From a virus, in IMG/VR virus record IMGVR_UViG_3300025646_005482, positions 96,331-160,330 of that record: a DNA stretch of 64,000 nucleotides. The stretch is one strand, 5' to 3'. Position numbers and translations under genes: made by a program. Shown here piece by piece: positions 56,815-64,000 of this stretch (position 1 is its first letter; each line of letters begins with the position of its first letter). The notes beneath the pieces are model-generated. The model was given only the letters and a program-made list of their open reading frames with translations, made no database searches and was not told the DNA's origin.

Positions 56815-58511
56815 TTTATTTTAAAGTTGTACGTTGGCAAAATTTCTTGTCAACGGGTAATCAGTGGACCGAGATCCAACTGAACAAAGCCCAATCCACC
56901 CTCATTGTTGGCGAGAACGGAGCTGGTAAATCTACCATGCTCGACGCTATCTCGTTTGGTCTATATGGTAAACCATATCGCAACATCAACAAGCCACAAC
57001 TCGTCAACAGCATCACATCGAAGCGTTGTGTTGTCGAGGTAGAGTTCTCTTCGAAAGGCAAAGAATATCTCATTCGTCGTGGTATCAAGCCAAACGTATT
57101 CGAGATCTTCTGTGATGGTAAGATGGTTGATCAGAATGCATCTGTGAGAGAGTATCAAGAATACCTCGAGAAGAACGTACTCAAACTCAATCACAAGTCA
57201 TTCACACAGATCGTAGTGATTGGCTCTGCTAACTTCATTCCATTCATGCAGATGAAAGTATGGGAAAGACGCGAAGTTATCGAAGATCTGCTCGACATTG
57301 AAATCTTTACGAAGATGAATAATATCTTAAAGGAAAGAATGACGAAGAATAAAGAAAATGTCGTCGATGCAAAATACAAAATTGACATGCTCGAACAAAA
57401 GATTTTATTGACAAAGAAACACATGAACGAAATCATGTCGATGCAAAAGACAGATCGCGATGCTAAAATCGCTAAGATCAAAGAATTGAACAGTCAATTA
57501 GCAGATCTACAATTTACATACGAGGGTAGAATAAACACTGCAAAACATTTAAACGAATCAATCATTGATAAAGAGAAAGTCAAAGGCAAGAATGATAAGC
57601 TGAAACAATTAAAGAGTCAACTCGATTTTAAAGTTTCAAATATTCAAACGTCTATAGATTTCTTCAAAGATCATGACACGTGCCCGACATGTAAACAAGA
57701 TATCGATGAAGTTTTCAAAGAAGAACACATCTGTGAACAACAAGAAAAACAAATTGAAATCAAAGCTGGCATCGATGAGTTGATGAACCATTTTGGTCAA
57801 GTAGGACAGAGACTAGAAGAAATATCTGCGATACAACAAACCATCAATGATGTGAATCAAACTATCATCAAACTAAACAGCGAGATGACAACAACTCGCA
57901 ATCATATCAAAGAGATTGAAGCTACACTGAAAGATGTTCCAACATTACAAGAAGCCGAGGATCTTGACGACTTGAATGGCGAGCTGATGAAAATGAAATC
58001 ATTGCATGAATCGCTGCTCATACAAAAAGAAAGATTCGAGATTGCATCATCACTACTCAAAGATGGTGGTATCAAGTCGAAGATCATCAAGCAGTACGTA
58101 CCTATCATCAACAAGCTGATGAACAAGTATCTCGCTGCGATGGAGTTCTTCGTACAGTTCGAACTCGATGAACAATTTAACGAAAAGATCAAGTCGAGGT
58201 TCAGGGATGAATTTACATACGACTCGTTCTCTGAAGGTGAAAAGATGCGTATTGATCTTTCACTGCTTTTCACGTGGCGTGCTGTCGCCAAACTAAGAAA
58301 CTCTGCAACGACTAACCTTTTGATCATGGATGAAGTATTTGACTCCTCCCTCGATACAACAGGTACCGATGAGTTCTTGAAATTGATTACACATTTGACA
58401 CAAGACACGAACGTCTTTGTCATCTCACACAAAGGTGACCAACTCTTCGATAAGTTCCACAGTAACATTCGATTCGAGAAGGTGAAAAACTTTTCGCAGA
58501 TCGCTGCGTAG
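56811..58511 (+). CDS. gp46: Recombination ATPase subunit gp46 (Rad50/SbcC-like)
   Basis: GENGAGKST, CPTC zinc hook, FSEGEKMRID and LIMDEVFD. Confidence 0.96.
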   Translation: MIYFKVVRWQNFLSTGNQWTEIQLNKAQSTLIVGENGAGKSTMLDAISFGLYGKPYRNINKPQLVNSITSKRCVVEVEFSSKGKEYLIRRGIKPNVFEIFCDGKMVDQNASVREYQEYLEKNVLKLNHKSFTQIVVIGSANFIPFMQMKVWERREVIEDLLDIEIFTKMNNILKERMTKNKENVVDAKYKIDMLEQKILLTKKHMNEIMSMQKTDRDAKIAKIKELNSQLADLQFTYEGRINTAKHLNESIIDKEKVKGKNDKLKQLKSQLDFKVSNIQTSIDFFKDHDTCPTCKQDIDEVFKEEHICEQQEKQIEIKAGIDELMNHFGQVGQRLEEISAIQQTINDVNQTIIKLNSEMTTTRNHIKEIEATLKDVPTLQEAEDLDDLNGELMKMKSLHESLLIQKERFEIASSLLKDGGIKSKIIKQYVPIINKLMNKYLAAMEFFVQFELDEQFNEKIKSRFRDEFTYDSFSEGEKMRIDLSLLFTWRAVAKLRNSATTNLLIMDEVFDSSLDTTGTDEFLKLITHLTQDTNVFVISHKGDQLFDKFHSNIRFEKVKNFSQIAA

Positions 58512-58519
58512 GAGGAAAT

Positions 58520-58732
58520 ATGGCATACAAAGTTTTAGTACAAGTATCAGAAGAAGGGGACTGGGATCCAGTACTCGATATGAAATTAAGTCGTACACGT
58601 TCTGTACCACGATTGTTTATCGATGAGGAAGCTGCGCAGTACTACATCGATCAACAACCGAAAGTAGAAGAAGGCAGTTACAAGCGTCGGTTTAAAATCG
58701 AAGAGGCGCCAGAGTTAGAAGATGTCAGATAA
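58520..58732 (+). CDS. Hypothetical protein
   Basis: SD AGGAGG; 70 aa. Confidence 0.65.
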   Translation: MAYKVLVQVSEEGDWDPVLDMKLSRTRSVPRLFIDEEAAQYYIDQQPKVEEGSYKRRFKIEEAPELEDVR

Positions 58733-59243
58733 ACTACACATCGTGCCGCCGAGCCATCCGGCATTCAACAAAAAACTAGATGAATTTGTTTTTGATGGCA
58801 GTGTAGATACTAAAGAGCTAGCCGATCAAATGATAGAAATCATGATAAAAGCTGGCGCTGCAGGTCTTGCTGCCAATCAACTTGGTTTGGAACATCGTGT
58901 CTTTGTATTGAATACAGCACCCGAAACATTAGTGTGTTTTAATCCCAAAATTGTACACATGGGAGAAGAATATGCTGTGATCGAAGAAGGATGTTTGACT
59001 TTTCCTGGTTTCTATGTTAAAATCAGACGGCCGGATTTTATTCGAGTTAGATTTCAAGATGTGAATGGTGAAATACAAACTGAAAACCTTAATAAAATTC
59101 CTGGACGTGCATTTCAACATGAGCTTGATCACTTAGACGGAATAGACTATATGCAACGAGCTAAGAGAATTCATATAGATCAAGCCAGAAAAAAGCAAAA
59201 ATTAATTGAACGAAAGCTAAGAAGACTCAGACTTGCTGGATAA
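58722..59243 (+). CDS. def: Peptide deformylase
   Basis: GLAANQLG, EGCLTF and QHELDHLDG motifs. Confidence 0.93.
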   Translation: MSDKLHIVPPSHPAFNKKLDEFVFDGSVDTKELADQMIEIMIKAGAAGLAANQLGLEHRVFVLNTAPETLVCFNPKIVHMGEEYAVIEEGCLTFPGFYVKIRRPDFIRVRFQDVNGEIQTENLNKIPGRAFQHELDHLDGIDYMQRAKRIHIDQARKKQKLIERKLRRLRLAG

Positions 59244-59439
59244 TTTGTCAGAAAAGTTTGGTTTTACAAAAAAGCCAAAGAAAAAACCCACTATCAAAGA
59301 TTATCACATTCCACATTGTGTCGATGGTCAGTGGTATTATGGTTATGAGAAAGTTTACATGACGCGGTATCCAGCATGTACATTTCCTTTATATAATGGT
59401 AGGATGGATACATCTAACACGGAGAATTATCATGAGTAA
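59233..59439 (+). CDS. Hypothetical protein (uncertain)
   Basis: TTG-start ORF filling the gap and overlapping both neighbours. Confidence 0.35.
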   Translation: MLDNLSEKFGFTKKPKKKPTIKDYHIPHCVDGQWYYGYEKVYMTRYPACTFPLYNGRMDTSNTENYHE

Positions 59440-59857
59440 GAATTGGGTTAAAGACATCAACAAGATGCACGAGAAGTATGGCGTTCACGAGTGGGTAAAG
59501 AACAATCAACACCAACTCAAGCAGTTTCTCGATTTTCGTCTGCGCTTCCTCTACGAAGAAGCTAACGAGACATCGCTCGCTGTTGATGCACGTGATGCTG
59601 AAGAAATCGTTGATGGTCTGATCGACATCTGTGTCGTTGCCATCGGTACACTCGATGCTTTTGGTGTCGATGCGAACAAAGCATGGGATCGTGTCTACAA
59701 GGCAAACATGCGCAAAGAGGTCGGTACTAAAGACAGTCGACCTAATCCCCTCGGGCTACCTGATCTGGTGAAGCCCAAAGGCTGGCGAAATCCTAGCCAT
59801 AAGAATAATCATGGTCTCCTGGCCGCCATGCCGTACTCTGATCCCAATGAGTTCTAA
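59432..59857 (+). CDS. MazG-like/all-alpha NTP pyrophosphohydrolase (putative dCTPase/dUTPase)
   Basis: LYEEANE..EEIVDGLID, W..V..ANM.K and DLVKP.GW..P. Probable start ATG 59432 after GGAG. Confidence 0.75.
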   Translation: MSKNWVKDINKMHEKYGVHEWVKNNQHQLKQFLDFRLRFLYEEANETSLAVDARDAEEIVDGLIDICVVAIGTLDAFGVDANKAWDRVYKANMRKEVGTKDSRPNPLGLPDLVKPKGWRNPSHKNNHGLLAAMPYSDPNEF

Positions 59858-59895
59858 AAACTGTAAATATTATACAAAAATAGTCTAAGAAAATC

Positions 59896-59954
59896 TCTAA
59901 CAAAATCAATAACTTAGGTACGTCCCAAAAGTCTAACAAAATCAAAGACTTAGG
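59896..59954 (+). repeat. Two 23-bp direct repeats containing IHF-consensus-like sites
   Basis: TCTAACAAAATCAATAACTTAGG (59896-59918) and TCTAACAAAATCAAAGACTTAGG (59932-59954). Confidence 0.75.
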
Positions 59955-59956
59955 GA

Positions 59957-59984
59957 TGTACTTTCCCGGTGCCTGCTGTATAAT
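59957..59984 (+). promoter_or_regulatory. Early-type promoter for the small-ORF cluster
   Basis: TGTACT-N16-TATAAT, with the same layout as the minus-strand site at 38095-38123. Confidence 0.6.
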
Positions 59985-60020
59985 GGTTCTTGTCAAATGG
60001 AAAAACACAGGAAAAAAGCT

Positions 60021-60323
60021 ATGGCAACTTTCACCGTTCATCAAGTACAAAACAAGCATGACTGTCCTGCTCGTATTCGTTTCGATGATAACTATCAAGC
60101 TGGTGACTTCGATCACTACACTCCAGTCTTTCGTGTAGACGCTGACGACTTGAATCACGTCTTCGCACTGACTAACCATTGGGGTGATCCTGATCGTGTA
60201 CTTCGAATCGATCGTGGTCATTCTACTAGCGTAGGTGATATTATCGAAACCCATGGTGGTGAGTATGGTCACGCTTTTTGGATGGTTTCTTTCGGTGGTT
60301 TTGACAAGTTGGAGGTACTTTAA
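60021..60323 (+). CDS. Hypothetical early protein (YodL-like motif)
   Basis: L..VF..TN..HSTSVGDII. Probable start ATG 60021. Confidence 0.55.
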   Translation: MATFTVHQVQNKHDCPARIRFDDNYQAGDFDHYTPVFRVDADDLNHVFALTNHWGDPDRVLRIDRGHSTSVGDIIETHGGEYGHAFWMVSFGGFDKLEVL

Positions 60324-60550
60324 TGTCTGAGAAGCAAGAAGCTTTTGAAGAAATGTGCATGCTCAAAGCTATGATTGAGGAGCATGCTGATGAGCTACGT
60401 TCTTTGATGCGCTCAGAATTTCCTGATCAATTTGAGCAAGGCAAAGCATACGGTGTATTCGACTGCACTGGTAGTTCGAATCCCTATGATGTGAGCATCG
60501 AGTCTTTGCTCGAGTCAATTGCTGAAGATGAAGGATTGGAGTTTGTATAA
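60323..60550 (+). CDS. Hypothetical protein
   Basis: SD GGAGG; TAATG coupling. Confidence 0.65.
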   Translation: MSEKQEAFEEMCMLKAMIEEHADELRSLMRSEFPDQFEQGKAYGVFDCTGSSNPYDVSIESLLESIAEDEGLEFV

Positions 60551-60870
60551 TGGAAATTCGTGATCGCAAAAGTAAAAACTACGTGTGTTCTTTAGATCCC
60601 CTGTCATGTGTTGACATGGAAATTCTAAATAGTATCAAGCGTAGCGTCAAAGTGTTAAATAATAGTGCTCGATGGGAATGGATCGAAGGACCTGACGGTC
60701 GACCAGGTTTTCGTGCTGTTAAGCGTGGAAAGCGTGTGACTATCAAAGGTCGTGAACCTATCGAAAAAGTGAATGGTAAAGGATATAATTGGTCAGGCGA
60801 TATCGTAGGAGGTCTCGCCAACGCGAAGCGTATTGACGTCTATATCCATGATAATGGGAGATGGAAGTAA
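60550..60870 (+). CDS. Hypothetical protein
   Basis: TAATG coupling; SD GGAG. Confidence 0.65.
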   Translation: MEIRDRKSKNYVCSLDPLSCVDMEILNSIKRSVKVLNNSARWEWIEGPDGRPGFRAVKRGKRVTIKGREPIEKVNGKGYNWSGDIVGGLANAKRIDVYIHDNGRWK

Positions 60871-61046
60871 TGTATGAAGTAAAGTGGTATGCTCGTGGTA
60901 GCATGGGCGAGTGGGTACTCGGTCAACTAGAGCAGTTGGAAGGACCGTTTGCTCTGTCTGAGAAAGAAGTGGTGCGACGACTCAGTCGCTACCTAAGTGA
61001 AGAAGAAGCCCGTAAAGAAGTCGAACTCTACTTAGAGGAAGGTTAG
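60870..61046 (+). CDS. Hypothetical protein
   Basis: Probable start ATG 60870 (TAATG). Confidence 0.55.
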   Translation: MYEVKWYARGSMGEWVLGQLEQLEGPFALSEKEVVRRLSRYLSEEEARKEVELYLEEG

Positions 61047-61663
61047 TGAAAAGTAACTACTACGCGTTACCTAACCAGCTACGAGCCCAGTGCAAAGGGC
61101 TCGGTATGGACGAGCTTGAAATTTTCAAGTACGAAACCTACTGGCTCAAAAAGAATCGTGTGTTTCGTACAGGCAAACAAGCCTCGATAGACAGCGAGAA
61201 GCAAAAAGTCTACGAATCTGAATGGAAGTTTCAGAAGAAAGTAGACATCAAGAAGTTCAAAGACATCAGAGAAGCTGAGAAGCGCATGAAGCAGATCACT
61301 AGCAGCAAGCTATGGTCTGACTTAGAGGGCAGAAGAACTACTCTGTATCACTCTGGTCGTATGAAGCGATATGCTGGTATGGCGTACTGGACTGGCAAGA
61401 TCAAACTCGCCAATTCTGGTCTCGATGAGTATACTCTGCTTCACGAACTAGCACATCAGACACCGAATGCGATGCATCACGGTGTACAATTCCGCATAAA
61501 TTTGGTAAAATTAGTATCTAGATTTATGGGTACGGCAACTGCCAAAGAATTGAAAGCACAGTTCAAAGAACGAAAGCTGAAGATGTCTATGCCTCAGCCT
61601 CGTTCACCAGAATCTTGGTTCAAATCTTACAAGCGAATGGAAGAAATGCGAGAGAAGCTATGA
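61046..61663 (+). CDS. Zincin/SprT-like metalloprotein
   Basis: LLHELAH..HHG..F (HExxH motif). Confidence 0.65.
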   Translation: MKSNYYALPNQLRAQCKGLGMDELEIFKYETYWLKKNRVFRTGKQASIDSEKQKVYESEWKFQKKVDIKKFKDIREAEKRMKQITSSKLWSDLEGRRTTLYHSGRMKRYAGMAYWTGKIKLANSGLDEYTLLHELAHQTPNAMHHGVQFRINLVKLVSRFMGTATAKELKAQFKERKLKMSMPQPRSPESWFKSYKRMEEMREKL

Positions 61664-61914
61664 AAGACGAACAGCTAGCTATTATCAAAAGCATGGAAAC
61701 AATGGATCTACATGAAGCGAGAGCAGCAGCGTTTGATATAGTTTCTACTTTTCCATCTAAGACACTCAATCAAAAACTTCGCAATCAAAAATTAGAAGAA
61801 GACATTTCTGTAACTAAAGAATCGGCCGACGTATATGGTATTATGTGGCGGTGTTATCTAGCATCTGAGGGATTGCGCGTCGATGGATCAGAGTGGAATA
61901 AACATTATGGCTGA
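61660..61914 (+). CDS. Hypothetical protein
   Basis: Probable start ATG 61660 (ATGA overlap). Confidence 0.6.
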   Translation: MKDEQLAIIKSMETMDLHEARAAAFDIVSTFPSKTLNQKLRNQKLEEDISVTKESADVYGIMWRCYLASEGLRVDGSEWNKHYG

Positions 61915-62428
61915 TATTGTTAAAGAATGCAGCTACATGCTTGGCAAATACAAAGCAAAAGTTTGGCCAGAATTTATTGTAAGACGAGATAAACGTGTTA
62001 CTGAAGATTTGATAAGCGATAAGAAAAAAGGAATCAAATCTACTAAGGGTCAACATATCTTTCGAAAAGATGCAGAATTCCCAGAATATCATCAGCCGAT
62101 GATTGATAAAAATCAAATTCATGCACCAGAAAGTGAGAAAAGATGGGATACAAACCATACAACGCTGGGTCACTTGGATTATAAACAAGATGCTAAAGCC
62201 GGTGTACATGTAAGTCCATGGATTCAAGAACGTATAGAAGAAGGACATATTGATTATTTGGTAATTTGGAAATGGTTGCCGTTCGGACTTCATCATGTAC
62301 TTACTGAAGATTATGTGGTAGAATATGAAATTATTGCCATCGTAAATGCTAAAGAAGCATTAGAGCTACTTAAGAAGAGTGAAAATAATAGATTCAATTG
62401 GAGAGAAGTAAATGAAAGAATCTCTTAA
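61907..62428 (+). CDS. Hypothetical protein
   Basis: Probable start ATG 61907; directly upstream of the base-modification genes. Confidence 0.6.
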   Translation: MADIVKECSYMLGKYKAKVWPEFIVRRDKRVTEDLISDKKKGIKSTKGQHIFRKDAEFPEYHQPMIDKNQIHAPESEKRWDTNHTTLGHLDYKQDAKAGVHVSPWIQERIEEGHIDYLVIWKWLPFGLHHVLTEDYVVEYEIIAIVNAKEALELLKKSENNRFNWREVNERIS

Positions 62429-62786
62429 AGTCCTGCAAGAATGTGCAGAAGTACAAGTCAAAAAGTCTAACGACTATCAGAACGAGTACTCACGTATTCG
62501 CCAAGCAGATTACTATCCTCGTGGCGTGGCCACTATCGTCGACCTCATCTACGCTAAAGTCCTTCGTATGCAATCAGTCATCGAAGCTAGCGAGCATGAT
62601 CCTGAATATGAGCCTAACTTCGAATCACTCGAAGACTCTGCTAAAGACTTGATCAACTATGCATCATTCGTAGTTGCTTACTCTCGTGGTAAGATGGATG
62701 GTCAACAACCTGGTCATGACTTCCTCAATCGAAAAACTATAATTCCTAACAAACATCCGGAGACACCGCTTGTTAAAAGTAAATGA
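62412..62786 (+). CDS. Nucleotide-modification-associated protein (DUF1599/Nmad1-like)
   Basis: KKSNDY..K.LR..ESLEDS..DLINY pattern; adjacent to the hydroxymethylase gene. Confidence 0.7.
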   Translation: MKESLKVLQECAEVQVKKSNDYQNEYSRIRQADYYPRGVATIVDLIYAKVLRMQSVIEASEHDPEYEPNFESLEDSAKDLINYASFVVAYSRGKMDGQQPGHDFLNRKTIIPNKHPETPLVKSK

Positions 62787-63465
62787 TATTCGCGAGCATT
62801 TTCTCGACGAACTGAAAGCAGAACGATTCACAACTGATCGACTTGGTGGTAAGACCATCGAGTTGATCGGTGCCTCGTTCCTGGCCGATGAGCCTGCTAT
62901 CTTTGGTGAACCAAATCAAGAGTATATTCAAGCCGAGATCGATTGGTATTTTAAAGGATCGAACAACATCAATGACATCTATGCTGGTGTATACGATGAG
63001 AACGGTGATCCTAAAGAACCACCAAAGGCATGGCAATATGCCGCTAACTATCATGGAGAAATCAATTCGAACTATGGACGTATTATCTTTTCCGAGCAAT
63101 ACTACAAGCAATATGAACGATGTTTGGCCGAACTCTTGGCAAATCGAGATACCCGCCGAGCATGTATGGTCTACAACCGACCAAGCATCTGGACCGAGTA
63201 CAATGAAAATGGTAAAAGTGATTTCATATGTACGAACGCCGTCACCTACTATATCCGAGGGGATAAGCTCCACTGCTGTGTACAGATGCGTTCCAATGAC
63301 GTCATCTTCGGTTACAGAAATGACTACGCATGGCAAAAGCACGTCTTAGATAAAATGGTTGATGATCTCAATCATAAAAACTTTGATCATGTAGAACCAG
63401 GTGACATCTATTGGCAATGCCAGAATTTACACGTTTACGAAAAACACTTTGATTTGGTGAATTGA
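62770..63465 (+). CDS. gp42: dCMP hydroxymethylase (T4 gp42-like, thymidylate synthase fold)
   Basis: KTIE.IGASF.ADEP.IFG, GEINSNYG, DFICTN, MRSNDV.FGYRNDYAWQK and LHVY closely follow T4 gp42, including Asp at the pyrimidine-specificity position. Confidence 0.9.
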   Translation: MLKVNDIREHFLDELKAERFTTDRLGGKTIELIGASFLADEPAIFGEPNQEYIQAEIDWYFKGSNNINDIYAGVYDENGDPKEPPKAWQYAANYHGEINSNYGRIIFSEQYYKQYERCLAELLANRDTRRACMVYNRPSIWTEYNENGKSDFICTNAVTYYIRGDKLHCCVQMRSNDVIFGYRNDYAWQKHVLDKMVDDLNHKNFDHVEPGDIYWQCQNLHVYEKHFDLVN

Positions 63466-63632
63466 TGGAGTTTAGTGAAGAAATACTTCGTAAGGCCGAA
63501 TGGTTGATTGACCATGGATATATGGAAGGCGATATTCTAGAAGTTGCGCGTGTTATAAATAAACAGGTAAAGGGAGCGGCAACTCCCTCCACCCTAAACA
63601 CCGAAACTACTGGAGATAGTAACGATGTCTAA
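63465..63632 (+). CDS. Small hypothetical protein (55 aa), not in the ORF track
   Basis: TGATG coupling to gp42; MEFSEEILRKAEWLIDHGY... Confidence 0.45.
   Translation: MEFSEEILRKAEWLIDHGYMEGDILEVARVINKQVKGAATPSTLNTETTGDSNDV
63554..63588 (+). promoter_or_regulatory. Late promoter plus small hairpin upstream of the NUMOD3 ORF
   Basis: TATAAATA at 63554-63561; AGGGAG-CGGCAA-CTCCCT at 63571-63588. Confidence 0.6.
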
Positions 63633-64000
63633 GTCTATTTATTGGGACACCTCAGCTCTAAACAAACATCTAAATATCATGGACACGGGTCCAATGGTAC
63701 TCGAGATGGTTCTTCCACAAAAAACCTCTGTCAAAATTCCTATACCTGAATGGCATAAAAAATGTATTTCCCGGGCGATGAAAGGCCGCACTAGTCCTAC
63801 AAAAGGCATGAAGTTAGGTCGACCATCGGACGAAACAATTGAAAAAATTAGAAAAGCAAATATAGGCAAGAAAAAAGATAATACTGCTGGTTTGATGGGT
63901 CAAGCGTATAAAGGTAAGCCCTCACCGGCCTCAAAACAATATTATTGTATTGGCTGTCATGAACGTGTTTCTCCGTCTAGAATTTATAGACATAAAAAAT
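63625..64000 (+). CDS. NUMOD3-motif/zinc-finger protein related to homing endonucleases (runs off the window)
   Basis: SD GGAG, ATG 63625; PEWHKKCISRAMKGR and SDETIEKIRKANIGKK (NUMOD3-like), CIGC..RH. No GIY-YIG or HNH motif in the visible part. Confidence 0.6.
   Translation, partial: MSKSIYWDTSALNKHLNIMDTGPMVLEMVLPQKTSVKIPIPEWHKKCISRAMKGRTSPTKGMKLGRPSDETIEKIRKANIGKKKDNTAGLMGQAYKGKPSPASKQYYCIGCHERVSPSRIYRHKK

Noticed and set aside
62770-63465. Ordinary thymidylate synthase (thyA/td)
   Set aside because: The sequence follows T4 gp42 motifs and has Asp rather than Asn at the specificity position.
1-64000. tRNA or rRNA genes, integrase, transposase
   Set aside because: None recognised by eye; intergenic gaps are short and mostly explained by promoters and terminators. 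A tRNAscan or Infernal run would be needed to exclude them formally.

Overview
This window is a 64 kb piece of a large T4-like (myovirus) phage genome with genes co-oriented on the + strand. Its gene content resembles aquatic or marine T4-like phages, and its spanin pair points to a Gram-negative host. Gene order: baseplate wedge gp8; a VrlC/DUF4815-like baseplate protein split into two ORFs, the first ending in two tandem Hint domains; about 25 kb of fibre and appendage genes interrupted by a cluster of 2OG-Fe(II)/JmjC oxygenases and a holin-spanin cassette; the neck-tail-head module gp13-gp23 and gp3; uvsY, a GalE-like epimerase, uvsW, gp55, gp47, gp46; peptide deformylase; a MazG-like NTP pyrophosphatase; small early ORFs; a T4 gp42-like dCMP hydroxymethylase; and a truncated NUMOD3 ORF. 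T4-type late promoters (TATAAATA) precede most structural operons. The most striking observation is the ORF at 17239..19116. Its Pro/Tyr repeat region is exactly mirror-symmetric at the peptide-motif level: two 226-aa arms around an aromatic tip, with every QPAY-type motif facing a YPxR-type motif and every spacer length mirrored. This suggests a very long self-pairing hairpin fibre. It is followed directly by late-promoter-driven hydroxylase genes that may modify it. All protein assignments come from motif recognition and synteny; no database searches were run.
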